Origin: Owenia fusiformis
Lineage: Eukaryota
Assembly (NCBI GenBank): GCA_903813345.2
Contig: CAIIXF020000001.1
Span: 32,178,001 to 32,242,000, forward strand
Reading direction: 5' to 3'
DNA: 64,000 bases
Shown here: piece after piece, positions 15,901 through 30,900 of the stretch
Layout of the letters: each line of letters opens with the position of its first letter
Numbering within the stretch: the first letter of the stretch is position 1
Program-made: the position numbers and the translations under genes
The notes under the pieces: model-generated
Database searches by the model: none
Told to the model about the DNA's origin: nothing
What the model saw: only the letters and a program-made list of their open reading frames with translations

Positions 15901-18900
15901 AGTTTCCACGATAATGTTGTTCACATGATTTTATACACATACCTGCATAACAATCGGAGACAGAAGTCTTAATATTGTCCAATAAAAAATGAGAATCTAA
16001 CATTTAATGATAACAAAAGGATTAATTGCTTAGTTCTCTTTGTTTTAGTCTTTGTTTTCTTAAATGCGGAAGTGTACCAACATCACCTAGATTACATAAG
16101 AGATCATCCAACAGTCTAAATTTGCTTTTAGTTGCAAGTTAATGCATTCCGACCAAAATTTGTATACCTGTAATTTGGGGGGGGGGGCGATGTTACATCA
16201 CATAACTACAACGTTCATATAGAAATATACAATAAGCATGTCCGTATAAAAGCTAAAATTATAAAAACTCATTTCAAAGTCATTCTGTTCATGGAAGCGT
16301 CAAGTTATGAAAAACAACGCTAAACACTCAAACAAATCGACTTGATTACCTTTGAAAACTTCTTGAGAGGAAATGGACAAATGTATTTTTCTAACTCATT
16401 AGAACGTCTGTGTGATTGAAATACTATTTTTAAATACAAACATAAATGATTTAATCTTGGTCAGAAGTCTGAACATTGTCCAACAAAATAATAAGAATCT
16501 AACATTTAATGATTACAAAAGGATTAATTGCTATATATATAGTCTTTGTCTTAGTCTTTGTTTTTCTAACGGCGGAAGTGTACCAACATCACTTTGATTA
16601 CAGAAGAGATCATCTAACAGTCTAAAATTGCTTTTAATTCCCGGGTTTTAATTACATTTTATGTATAGACTTTTTTGCCTCTATTCTCATTTTTAAACCT
16701 GTTTCTGTTTGCTTATTTAACAATTGTGATAAATTATTCAGTTAGTGTCGAAATCAAAACAATTTTCTACATTATAGTCCCCTCCTCTTGCACTGACTAA
16801 ATATTAAAATAAGCCAGTCTGATTGCGAATTTACAAATCCTGTAAAAGTAGCTTCAAACCGCCTTTTAATCAAAGAAAACAATAAGTTAATTCATCTGAT
16901 CGCGAAAATACTGATTATCTGATCTCCATGCTATTTGATTCGTGCATTATCTACAAGTCAGTCGGGCAAGGGTGAAATTATTTCATTTGAAAACAGAAAT
17001 AAATATCAGAACCCCTCTAGCATAACTATTCGGAAGAAATTCATACAAAAAATAATGTACACAACTGATGAAGGGTCGCACACAATGCACGCACCCCTCT
17101 CCTCCTCCTCCGTGTTTGCCCACACACGACCATATTTGACAATTTTTCTAAAGCGTTTTCCCCGGGAATATAGGTGTAGCGGTTGCCAGAAGTCGCACAG
17201 CTTGGGAGTCAGGGTATCCTGATCGGTGACAGGTCATCTCAACCCCAAGTCAACTCAACCCAGTACAACTCAACCCCAAGTCAACTCAACCCCAGTAAAA
17301 CTCAACCCCGGTAAAACTCAACCCCAAGTCAACTCAACCCTGTAAAACTCAACCCCAGTAAAACTCAACCCCATTCATTTCTGTAATGTCTAGTTCTCTA
17401 GTTCATTAACTTTGATAATTTAGCATTTTGCATATTTTAAACAATGCTTTGTTAGAATTAGAATATTTCACAGAGGTATAATAATATTAGACACTGTTTA
17501 TTTTCATCTTGGATAATGATTCGAGATATATATATTCACAAACAGTTTAACATATTTTAAAATCAAATTTTAGGAAACTAAAATCTTGGCAATTAACAAT
17601 GTTTTTTTTATAAACGTATTAATGAAATCATTAATGATCAATAGTGTCAACCTGAGAGGCATTACAACAAACAAAACGTATTAGCAAGATTTAAATGGTA
17701 CCAAGAAGGCGTTGAAATTAGAAGACATGTGGAATATGATTAAATGACTCTTAATTCTTTAGAGCTTAGAGATTGTGCTCATCATTAACTATACAAGGCA
17801 GGTCTTAGAATGATAATCAAAAATTGACACAAAATAAAAAAAACTTTTTTTTAATTATAAACAAACATATGAAAATCAACTTAAAATAGATAGGGGTTGA
17901 GTTTTACTGGGGTTGAGTTTTACAGGGTTGAGTTGACTTGGGGTTGAGTTTAACAGGGGTTGAGATGACTTGGGGTTGAGTTTTACTAGGGTTGAGTTTT
18001 ACTGGGTTGAGTTGACTTGGGGTTGAGATGACCATGCCTCAACGCCTGACGGGTCTGATATTTAGAGGGGGCGCAAGAATTATTAGGGGGCGGGGTAAAC
18101 GTGAAAGTTGTCAAAAATTTCCATAGGCGTAGCCAGGAGGGGGGGGTGCGATGGGTGCGATAACAATAGGCTTTATATATGCTTTAATGTTTTATTGATC
18201 ATGATGCTTTTATGTAGGCTATTAATTACAGTTCTTTTTGCAATATAAAACTGGTATGTTTATGCAAATTCCGATTGGACTAATATAAACGGATATTGTT
18301 TCATTATGTGGACTTGAGAAAGTCCGACATACTCATTGCTTTCAACCCAAAACTTAAAACGGGAAGTTATCAAGATCCCAAGAACACGATCGCTACTTAA
18401 ACAATACGTTTGTAAAATCCCGGCGATCGAAATGCAATCAAACTTTCGCAATCAGGTGCCTAATTAGTCTTTTGATCTCTAAAGTTTTACGACTGAACGT
18501 TTCAATGAACTCGTGAGAAGCAAACGCAATCATCAGATAAACATTTTTTTAGTAAATCTAAAATAGAGTAAAACCCAGGGAAAAAGATCGCGTGTTCATA
18601 GGAATTAGGCATATTTCGATTTTGAAATAACAAAAGTCAGTCTCGGAAGAATTTTCCAAGCATTCCCTGCTTTGATGCGTTTTATTGCAAGGGCCGTTTA
18701 GCGCCGATATGAATTCATTATAGGGTATTAGGGTTGTGGTTTATTTGTTTTATTTATATAAATGTTATAAAATGTGTACGACACTTTAATGAATTATTTT
18801 TAGGGTTACAATGCATATTTGACTTTTCCCTCTAAACGTTTAAAATTCATCTTTATACTTTTCTTAGTTTGCTTCAATAAAATTGACATTGGATCCCAGA

Positions 18901-21900
18901 CAGTTATCAAATTCTCAGACATTTGATTAATATAGATATTTGTACTTCCTTTGACCAGTGGTGCTGGTGTGACTGAGATTCGAATCTAATCGGTTTCATT
19001 TTTAATGTAAATTGAGAGGAATAAAGTTTTATTTTAAGCGTTTTAACCATCTTAACGTTTGGCGTGCAGCGCAACTTAATACACAATCAAAGGTCAGAAT
19101 ACAGAAATAAGAACATGCCTTTTATTTGTTATTCAAGCTCGAGCAATATTCCCGTTATAAAACCAAAATAACTGCGGTTAGGTACCATATCTTGATTGCA
19201 GTAAAGACAGGCCATCTCATTCTGGTATGCCAGAGCGACTCTTATCTGCCGATTGTCGAAGGATAAAGACAAAGGGGTCGCGGCTATCGCGATGAGGCCA
19301 TCTTATTTCTAGGAATTATTTCTGCCTCTCATTCCTTAAACCGGCTTCGTTAAACAGTGCCAAAATATATAAGTCGGAGCCAAAAACAAGACTATTTTTA
19401 TATTTAAATCCCCTCACCTTGTCAATGTCTATGCCTGCATCTGGTTTTCCCACCTTTGGGAGGGAGCCAATATACACATAGATTACTTACTGGCCATTGA
19501 CAGGGGGGGGGCACAGAAACGAACATTCTGGGGTCATAAGGGATACTTGGGGAAGGGGGAGGGGTGGTGGTGAATAGTGAAGTCCGGGAGTGGAGTTAGG
19601 GGTACTGAAATCTTTCTTTTCATATTAAGTGCTTGAATGGAGACTTGTTTCCACTCCGCGCATTCTAGTAGAATTTAAATATTTGATCCAAAGGAGTTAT
19701 TTTAAATCAAACTTGCATTCCGATTAATTAACACTCCCATGATTGTACCGTTTCACTATTTTCTAAGATAATTATAATGAATTCACGGGACACTATAGTC
19801 TTCCTTTTAAACTTTAGTGGTTGGATGGAGACTTGTTCTCCACCCCGTACACTAGTAAATTTGTAAATTTTAAATATTTGATTTAGGGAGGTATTTGCAA
19901 TCCAACTCTGACGATACAAGACTAGTCAGCCAAGACTAAATTATGAACTTATTATCATTTAGACTATTGAGTTCATTAAATTATAATTCCATAGATATCA
20001 TATTTAATCCTGTCAACACAATAATGGTATTAATTGGCATGATATGTAGTCAGAGACGGTTTAAAAAGTTGTTTAGTATAGATAGTATTAGGAAAAATCC
20101 TAACTCAAAGTTTTTGTTCTCTCGCAATCCAGAGCAAACCACTCGCCGGGCAAGCATTCTTTAAAAACGTGAAGTTTTCACCATGTTAAGCAGTTTTGAA
20201 AATTGTCCAATTTGAACCATCGCCTTGTATATTTCTGTAACTGCCCCCCCCCTTGACACTCGAGTGTAAGAATCCTTTCCACACTGTCAATGGTTTTACA
20301 AAATAGTTCATGTTAGGAAGGGGGAGGGGTGAGTGTGGAGAACAATCACTGACTGCGATTTGTATGATTGAACATTATACACTTATCATAAATTCGTAAA
20401 GAATAGTTTTAAAATAAACAGCTTGTTATATGTTATGATTGGAGTGATGTATGCATAGAAGAATGACACTGGTTTTGAAATATCTTAATTATCCCATTGA
20501 ATGAAGCCATCCGTCCCTCTGTCCATTCTTAACTCATACTAGTGGACTGATTTGATTTAAAGGAGAAGTCTCGGTGTAGAACGTGTACACACTAATGGGA
20601 ACGAATTTTACTCATTTCTATTTAGGATTCATTAATATATTAGCGGGGCTTTAGAGCATTTACAAACGCATGAATTGTATTGTTTTAAGGCAACTTTTAT
20701 GACATATAATGTATTTAAAGCTGATTAATTTTAGATTATATTCGGTTCAATTTTACAAATAATGAATAGTATTACAGTATATCGAAAAATATACAATGAT
20801 TTACATTAAATTGCTCAGACTGCAAACAATGTACATGGTTGGCGAATTTGCATGCGCGTTCTTGATAATAAGAATTAAAGATTGAACTTAAAAATCAAAC
20901 ATTTTCTTTTTTAAACATAATAAACAGGGGCGTAGCCAGCTTTCAGTCAGGGGGGGTGCGATCGCCGAAAATTTTTCAGTTTTCGGTCAGGGGGGGGTGC
21001 GATTTTGCCATAAGCAACACAAAAAATTAAGATTTCTTTTGAATTTTACAAAAATTGATGCAACTTCCTTCAAAATTGAGCTAGAAGCTTCAAATAAAAA
21101 GCATTTTAAAGCTCTTTTCTACCTCTATCCAATGGTCATATTTTCAAAGGTTATGGGGGGGGGTGCGATCGCACCCATCGCACCCCCCCTGGCTACGCCC
21201 ATGATAAATCTTTAAATCAAGAAAATAAAAATAAGATTGATGATTGAGCTTTTCATAGTCAACTGCGACTGTGTCGACGCATGTTTATTTACTTAGCTAA
21301 TTAGATATGTAAAATTGTTAATGGCCGCAACGGATAATACGTACATGTAAGCTGTTCGGATAAGACATTTCTATATGATTAATAACAAATCCCGGGCAGA
21401 ATGTTATTCAACAGTAACTGATCTTATTAGTTATTATTCAATTTGGATAATAAATCTATTATCTCGTTGTATTGATGTTTATTATATAGTGTTTCTCGTT
21501 GTGAAATATATAGAACACCTAAAATAAACATCTTGAGAAAATAAGAATTTAGAAGAATGCTTTGAATGTAACAAAATATGGTGGCATTTCCAAAGTATAA
21601 AACCATTAAGAAAGAAAACATCATAATTTTGACTGCTCTTGGTACCCTCAACATGGGTTACCATAGAACGCAGAATATTAAATGTTACGTGGTGATATTT
21701 ACCTTGTGTATGTATAATTATTAAATTTATATTCTGTGAGAAAATTAGCTAGATTCATTAATGTTTACAAAATTTAGAGCATTTTTGATCGCCCTGTATG
21801 TGAATAATCAATGCAGAGCTATCTACAACATGCAGAATATTACAATGTACATGGCTGAAGTAAATAGAAAATGGTAAAAAAAACGAAAACACTTTTCACC

Positions 21901-24900
21901 ATGCACAGAGATATCAACCAATAAACCAACCTTGATATTTGGATCGTAAAATTCTACAGGGCCCAAGTCTCTATTGGTGTTCTTGTGGGTCTTCAAATAA
22001 CCATCTGTTTCCCTCTGGGGCTGGCCAGCTCCCTTACCCCATGGGTCAAACATCCCACCCTGTAACTACATAAGGCAATAAGCATGCTAAAACAGACTGT
22101 CATCTAAAGATACCTAAAATAATTCAAATTCTAGAATTTGAAATAACACTGTTTTCTCCATAACCTGGATATATTTATCTTTCAGAACTGAATCAGTTCA
22201 CAATATTCATAGAAAGTCTGTGTAGGCACAATCTGGATGAAAATGTTCTTATATAATAGACTGCGCGGTCATGCAAAGATTTGGAAACAACATCTTCTTG
22301 GTATGATTCAGCAAACAATGCACTGAGTTCAGGGCTAAAGTAAAGTGAGACTTATATATGAGATAAATCCTGCACCAAGAGCTTCTATAGAATAGAATAG
22401 CCATACATTTGTTGTAACATGAACAAATTAAACCTTTTTACAGAAAATACTGGTGGTAGTTGTTCTGACATTAAAAGATTTGATGTTAAAATTAAAATAC
22501 ACATAATGCTCTGATATTTCAGGTTTCTGGAAATGGTCACTTACCCGAGTATCTGACAGCTCCAAACTCTTTGTTAAACGTGGATCTGAAATATACAATT
22601 GATATCATATATAATATATATGTATCTATTAATGAAAAGATCACTATAGAGGAATAAACAAAAGATATGAATCATGGTAAACATGTGATCAATTACAAGA
22701 CTGCTTAATTTACATACAAAACACAAGAAATCTTAGAAAGTCTTCATTCTGACACTCATAGTATCTTTCTGTTTCACATGAAACATGCTCTGATATTATG
22801 AGGCATATTCTGTGATCTGAGCACAACTGTCAATAACAGGGTTCGTACACCTTTTTCAAAATGAAATTCCCTGACATTTCCCTGACATTTCCAGGCAAAA
22901 AAGAAAATTTCCAGATCTAGTTTTGCTTGTTTTAGGCCTCCCTAAAAAGTCGCGAACAACTATCGTTTAAAAGACAAGAATTATTATGAAACATTTTGGG
23001 CGTCTCCTTTAGTAACATTTCCTTAACTTTGACTTAGCTTTACTTCTACAGGCCGTCTTATTCACAACTTGATATATTATGTTTTTCATTTTACATATTT
23101 TACGTTGCATAAGGCCAAAGGTAAACATACATGTACAGGGGCGTAGCAAGCAAACGTCAAGGGGATGCAAGTTTCGGGATTTGCATCATGCGAGCGAAGG
23201 AAACCCAAGGGGGATTAGATGAACCCCCAGAAATTCACATTGTACCAGGTCGTTCAATAAGTTCTCATAATTTTGCTCTCATTTTAAGAGTTTTTTATAT
23301 TTTTCCATGAAAACTTCACAGACGATGCAGAATGTATCTGTGTAACAACTCTGCAAGGATTATGTATTAATTCTAATGGTTGTGGAAATGGCGGTTGCTA
23401 TAGTAACGTCAAAAATCGGTAGGCGGGGCAACTTTATTTGATCGTAAAATCCATGGATGTAGTTAGATTTCATCTTGAAATGTCATATGTTTTATCTGAA
23501 AGATTTGCAACCATAGAAACAGGTTTTGACATCAGTGTGAAAGATGCAACTTTTCTGAGTATAGTTATTACTGTGACATCACATAAAAAGGTATGACATC
23601 ACAGATAAGGTTTCAATAGAGAGACCCAAGATGGCAGCTGACTGTGGTCTTGTGAAAAGTCAAGATGAAATTCAAATTCAAATCCGTAGTGTGATAAGAT
23701 TTTGTGTGTTATCCAAGAAATCAAGAGGAGAAACAATAAAAGCAGTTCAAGATATTTATGGAAAGGAGTTAATGAGCACACCTACCATATACCAATGGTA
23801 TCAAAGGTTTGGTTCAGAGGGAAGAAAATCTGTGATGGATGAAAAACGGACTGGCAGACCGGTAAAAGTCACCAACCCAAAGGCTGTTGAAAGAGTTAAG
23901 ACAGTTCTAGATGATGATCGCCGCATCTCTGTACGGGAACTTAGTGAGAATGTGAACATTAGTATAGGTAGAACACACTTCATTCTGAAAGAGAAGCTTA
24001 AAATGAACCTCATGTGTGCTAAATGGGTGCCAAAGGAGTTAACTAGTGACCAGAGAGCCCGCAGAGTTGAGGTTTCCCAAGAATTTCTAAGACGATACCA
24101 AGATGAAGGGGATAGTTTTCTTCAACGAATTATCACATGCGACGAGGTGTACGTCAGCTATTATGAGCCCCTTGGGAAGAGAGCATCAAGTGGTTGGAGA
24201 ACTAAGAACTCACCTACTCCCATTTCAACCCTGGCAAAACTGACCAAAAATGACGGCAAGGTGATGTTCATTGTGTTTTTGGATAGCTCTGGGGTGCTGC
24301 TTACGCATGCAATTCCTGATGGTCAGAGAATAAACAAGGACTATTATGCAATGGTAAGCTTATTCATTATTAATAAATTAATCAATATAAGAGTAAAAAC
24401 ATTAAATCAAATCAAATTTAAAATCAGATTTGAACTATAAAAATGGTTAAGTACAAATGTTAAAGGCATTAGTATCCTATCCTACTGACTATTTCAGGTT
24501 CTCAAGAGGCATCTCAAACGGGCCTTCTCAAAGAAACGCCCCCTCCTAGAGTTGGCGACAAGAATATTTCATCAGGATAATGCCCCGTGTCACCGGGCAG
24601 AACTTGTACTGAACACCATAGGAGAACTCGGAATGGAAGTTCTCCCACAGGCACCATATTCACCTGATGAAGCCCCATGCGACTTTGGCGTGTTTGGCCG
24701 AATGAAAGATGAGCTGAGAGGTTTTCGATTTGCATCGACAGAAGATTTGCAGAATGCAGTCCAAAATGCTCTCAGAGCTAGATTTCCTGATGGATTCCAT
24801 AAAATCTTCCAGGATTGGGTAGAACGTCATCGAAAGTGTGTCGCATCCAATGGACATTATTTTGAGCATTTAAAGTAGGAATAGAAACATTTACCCCATA

Positions 24901-27900
24901 CTATTTCATGGGATAAATGGGACTACATGACATTAAAACACTTGTTACTCTCCACAATGTTGAACTGAATTATATGCCACTATGACGTCAAATAATCTGC
25001 CCCGCCTACCCATTTTTCATGTTACTATAACAACCGCCATTTTCACGACCATTAGAATTAAAACTTAATTTTTGCAGGGTTGTTACACAGATACATTCTG
25101 CATCGTCTGTGAAATTTTCATGGAAAAATATAAAAAACTCTTAAAATGAGAGCAAAATTATGAGAACTTATTGAACGACCTGGTATATGGTGCATTCTAT
25201 CCATTTCAAACTATAAAATGTTAATAATAATAATAATGTTTATAATTTGCAAACCAAATGAAACTTGAAGTTGTTATCTAGCCATGGATCATGAATTATA
25301 CACTTTTACTTGAATAAAATTTGTCAACAGCGTCCCACTTAAACATGTGGTGTGCCATGAGAAATAAGTATAATTTGCAAAATGTTCCTGAACTGATACG
25401 GCCTAGTGATTGCCAAGCTAATATTCCTGATGCAAACCCCAGTGAATATAGGGTATAGAAAGGTCTCTAAGAGATTGTATGAAGGCATCCAATCTAGAAA
25501 ATTGCTCAACTAAAGCTGGCAATTAAGACAGGTTGAAAACAAAAATTTAGCTAACATTTCATTGATACTGCTATATCAGCAATGCGACTAAAACTAAAAT
25601 ATATCATCAAATATTACATTGCATTATTACTAAGAACCCCTAGCACTATATAACTACAAAATTTGGGGTATGTAGGTTGGAAAATAGAAAAAGTTGCAGT
25701 GTCTTGAAAAAAGTGGCGTTTTATTGGCCCACCCTGTATATAGTGCATTCTAAGCATTTCAAACTATAAATTTTGTGATGAATCCAAATGACAACTGAAA
25801 CTTCAAAATTTTGAGCAACTCCCTTGAGGGGCAAGTCCCACCTGATGAAACATATTTTATTGAATACTGATCATTATGAACATTATATGACAGCAATAAT
25901 CTGGCATTGCTATTGTCTTCTCCCTTTTGGGAAAATCTATACCAAAACATGATATCAAATTAAAATTCCTTCTTAAGTAGCGTCACAATAAGGCACAGAC
26001 CTACCAACTCAAATAATCAGTATTTGTGTTATCAGGAACCATATTTCTTTAAATCAAAAAATTTAATAATAAAAAAATAGTGGCATTTTCAATTTAGAGA
26101 CCATCTTGAATATTTCTTCTTGAGCAGAGGTCATTTATCCCTAAGGCATCGCCATATGAAGCTTGAGCTAAAGTAAAACACTTGGTTCATCTTTACATGA
26201 AGAAAGGTTCTTATTTTGATTCTGGGTTATTTCCTTCTCTTCCCATGAAATTTTGGCCCTATAAAACCAAAGTATAAACAAATTTGAACCAAATCTGTCA
26301 ACTGATATTTGAGTTATCGCCCTGACAGATGAATAGACTTACGTATGATCGGACTGCCGAACAGACAGCTTCTCAATATATAGTTTTATACTGTAAAGAC
26401 AAGTTCCCAGAATTATTTTTGCTTTTCACCTCCCACCATCCTCAGGTTAACCCCTCAACAAAACATGAAACATATACCACTAATTTTGATCCTAGGACTA
26501 ACTTTCAAGCATAATTGTATTGAACCATCATATATGTTCTTTATTGTTTGGTTTCATTATAATGTTCATACTGTTCTTACAAATAGAATGTGATTCAATC
26601 AACTCTAATGAAAGATTTCTAATTTGTGAAAACAACTAAATGTTTAGTTAGATTTTGGACTTCATTGATATCCTGTCATAGTCCTAAAATGTATTTTACT
26701 GGAACATTAATTTTCAACACTGATACAAAATTCCCTGACATTTCCCTGACACATCTACTGTTTCAAAATTCCCTGACATTTTTGGCCCTTTTTGACCCAA
26801 TTTTAAAATTCACTGACATTTCCAGCACCTGGAAAAATAAATCAACTTCCCTGACATTTCCAGGTGTGTACGAACCCTGAATAAGTGTGATAACCATCAT
26901 GTAATTATTTACCTTAATACATTACATAATAGGCATTGTATTTAACGTCAGATCTTAAAACAGGCACATTTACACAAGCTTTATCCTCAATTTTGGGCTC
27001 TCCTAGATCGCCAAATTTAACATCATGGCATCTCAGGGCTGAGAAGAAATGAGATGTCATGGTTTATCATGATGGAAAGTCTTAGAATACAGGTCTGAGA
27101 GGCACTAGTTAAAGGCAGAATCAGATCTATGGGGGTGACAAAATTACAAGCAACATCAATTGACGTACCAATCTATTCCTTACAATCTTAAATACAATAT
27201 CTCCCAAAAGATTCATGATATGTTATAAATTGATGAAGTTATAATAGATTAAAAGTGCAAAAATGGGTGAAAAATGTTTAAATTCTCCAAAATAATAAGA
27301 ATGGTAACCATTCTTTAAGAAAAATAATACATTATTGTAAAAATCCTCAGTTTTCCTGAAATAAAGTGTGCACTTAAGGGATTTTTAGAAAATAGACATG
27401 AAAGGGAATGACATAAGCCAGAAATATTCTAAAATTGAAACAATTTTTTTTTAGGCTGCTTGCTAGATCTGATTCTCTCTTTAAAAGATGGAGTAAGAAT
27501 AGAAATGCAATGAAATGAGAAATTAAAGAAGACAAGATATGGTAGAAAATAATGGAAAAAGGAGAAAAACTCAACGAAACTGTAAATGCCAATAACATAA
27601 TCACATTACTAAATCATGATATAAACATGATAAATGGTTAAATGAAAAATGCTTAACAATAACAAAATGTAGAGGATGCATATTTTCATTATATGCAGTA
27701 ATGATGTCAAGAAAGAATTTTTATGCTACAATTTCTTATAAACTAGACATTACCTTAAGTACTGACATTAGACATACAAGCACCTTGAGGTGTAATTATT
27801 ATTCTAGGCATGGCATTCCAGCTATTTACAAGAGGCCTTTACCTTTAAATTTGTTTATACTAGACATACCATAAGGTTCATTTAAAACCATTCATATTAA

Positions 27901-30900
27901 ACATACCTTGGGGTTCATTCTTACGTAATTGTGCTATGTCATTGGTAAGTGTGATATGTCTATGTAGCTTCAGTCTACGCCCTGGTAACATATATAGGAA
28001 TACTGTATTGTCAAGAATGACAAACAAAATTCAAATTATAGTGCTTAAAGGTGTATCTAGGGAGAACCATGCACAAAAAGAAGAATCAAGCAAATATGCC
28101 CCAAAAGAAGTAAATGTCATACTATATTAGAAGAAAAAAGTTACAAAGGTAATTATGTACATGTATCCTGATAGTCTCCTTTTGATAAATTGAAATGTTT
28201 GATTGGTTCATCAAATACCAGATGAAGATTCTGATATTTCGACTTCCATTTCTTAAAGATAAACAATGGGAGATCATCATCTTTGTTTCAAAAGTATCTT
28301 GAAATGTCATAAATAATACATAAACTGATGAATGTGACTAAGTACTCTAGTAATCAAATCATATACCAAAATATTTTGAGCATCATGATTACATAGATTA
28401 TATGTGCAGGCCAGGGCGGGCCAAATATTGTAATATATTTTATGGATTTATATGTGGTATAGTCTGCCAGGAATATAACACTACTGTGAAGATACAGTAT
28501 CATATTTTGTTCAGTATTTGAAGAAGTTGAACAAAGCAGTTGTTACAGAGAATAAATGTAAATAAAATATGATGAGTGATTGGATAGTAGACAGACAGTG
28601 AAAACAGATAAATGCATGTAATGTAAGGATGTCAGTGTGACAAATCAATAACAGATTATAAATAATGGAGAAGGTGTCAGTATATAGTATATACTCCAAG
28701 GTACATTTGCTGAATGCCATGCAGATTGGCCTTTTACTTCCTTATACTCATTTTTGATACTAGGTTCATCATTACAATATGAGTTGCTTACCAGAGGGGT
28801 ATCTGTTTGGGGCACCAGCTCCAGGTTTACCATAGGGGTCTTCCTTTAACTGAAAGATAAAAGCCATATTCTTGTAAAGCTCTGTGATACTGTCTACATG
28901 TTACACTTTATTGTACAACATAAAACATTCCCTCACTCTAAACACATTCTAGCTTTTGAATAACATGTATTGTTCAAAGTCATGTCTTACTTGGAGATCT
29001 TTCATCTGCAGATCCTTTACACTCAAATCTGTTATTGTTTAATAAACCAATTTTCTGAGAGAGAATTCCTCAGTTAGGGGCGGGGTCAAAATATCAATGT
29101 TCATATGGAGACGAAAGTAATTTCGTTTGGACAACAACCCCCCCCCACCCCCCCTCTAGACGAAAGCTTAGGTCACTTAAAAAAAACATTGATTTAACAC
29201 ACGTTCGCAATTTAACTGCATTGAACTCTTCAAAAGGAGGAGGGAAAAGTACGGAATTTATTTGAAAAATGATCGAATTATCGTCTTTATCTACCAATAT
29301 TTTGGACCTATCACACAAAAAAGCTCACGAACTATTGAAAACAAGCCTTTTTATCAGAACATAGCGCCAGAAAAAGTGAAGAAAAAGTGGGTAAGTCAAT
29401 TATTTTTTGTATATCAGATCCGAATTATCGATGTTTTTTTGGTCAACGAAAGTGCCCAAAAACCCCCTCCCCCCCTCGCGAAAGTACTTTCGTCTCCATA
29501 TGAACATCAATATTTTGACCCCGCCCCTTACTAAAAGTAAATATCATTTCTTCTTGCATAGTAAAAATAGATTAACAAAAGTTTGCATTAAAGCATGTAT
29601 TTCAATGTAAACTTAAAACAGTCTACTCAATGAGCAAGTGAAGTTGTATTGCTCTAGCACATTGGGTACCATGAGTTACCATAGACTTTGTGGATAGATC
29701 TTACAATTTACTCTTGATATGATTTTAATCTGCAAATACTTTTATGAACAACTAGGAGTGGATAAATATCACATCGAGAGTAAATCAAATGAGTTCTTTT
29801 TATTCCATAGTTAAATTGTGTTATTCATATTAATATATAATCAACATGTAAGAGTTCTTAAAACCTATTTTGCATAGAACATTTGAAGATCACATCTGAT
29901 AGTTCAGAAGTGTATTTATTAGTTTGGTGAAACTAATTTACAAATGCAATATGTTCCTACTTGTTTTAAAAACATAATTTTTACTTTGGCACAATATTCT
30001 TTGAATTGCCACATTAACTATGGAATTAGGTGATAAATATGAATATTATAATAAAAATAGAATGATGCATATTCATAACACCACTTTAAGTCTATAAGCA
30101 ATTAAGCTACAACAGAATTATTATCTCTATATGCTATCATAGATAGCAACAGACCTAGGTGTTCACAGAACTCAAAGTAGATAAACACAGTGATAAAATT
30201 GCACATCGAGGATCAAAATGGCCACCATGTTATTTACCCAGCATGCCCAAAAAATATCAAGGCATTAACATGTCAAAATGTCACCACCTTGTTGCTCACA
30301 ATATTATGAGTTCAATCTTAGTCAGATTTGAATTTCTTAGAACTTGTAGATGATTTTGAAATAATAAATTGGTCAATTTGAAGCAAATTGTAAAAAGACC
30401 TTTTTTGACCCTGAGAAGGCCATTGAAGGTGGAATCTCAAATCTAAAGTCAGATTTGAACTTTTGAGAACTTGTAGATGATTTTGAAAAAATGGTCAATT
30501 TGGAGCAAGATGAAAAAATACCTTTTTGACCTTGAGAATGTCATTGAAGGTCAAATCTATAGTCAGATTTGAACTGTTGAGAACTTGTAGATGATTCTGA
30601 AAAAAGGTCAGTTTGAAGCAAGTTGAAAAAATACCTTTTTTACCTTTTCAACCTTGAGAAGGTTATTGAAAGTCAAATCTCAAATCTAAAGTCAAATTTG
30701 AACTTCTGATAACTTGTAGATGATTTTGAAAAAAGAAATTGGTCAATTTGAAGCAAGTTGAAAAAAGACCTTTTTGACCTTTTTTTGACCTTGAGAAGGT
30801 CATTGAAGGTCAAATCTTGATTCTAAAGTCAGATTTGAAATTCTGATAACTTGTAGATGATTTTGAAAAAGAATTGGTGAATTTGAAGTAAGTTGAAAAA

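Larger units (their letters stand above)
11565..21796 (-). mobile_element. Old mariner-like element with ~300-bp degenerate TIRs, expanded to 10.2 kb
   Basis: TA|CAGGGTGATC... (11565-11872) is an inverted match to 21500-21796 (...GATCGCCCTG|TA). A transposase remnant lies inside. Confidence 0.65.
22837..26879. mobile_element. Non-autonomous hAT-like element (5-bp TSD) hosting the intact mariner
   Basis: TIR CAGGGTTCGTACAC / GTGTACGAACCCTG, subterminal TTCCCTGACAT repeats at both ends, and flanks AATAA/AATAA. Confidence 0.75.
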
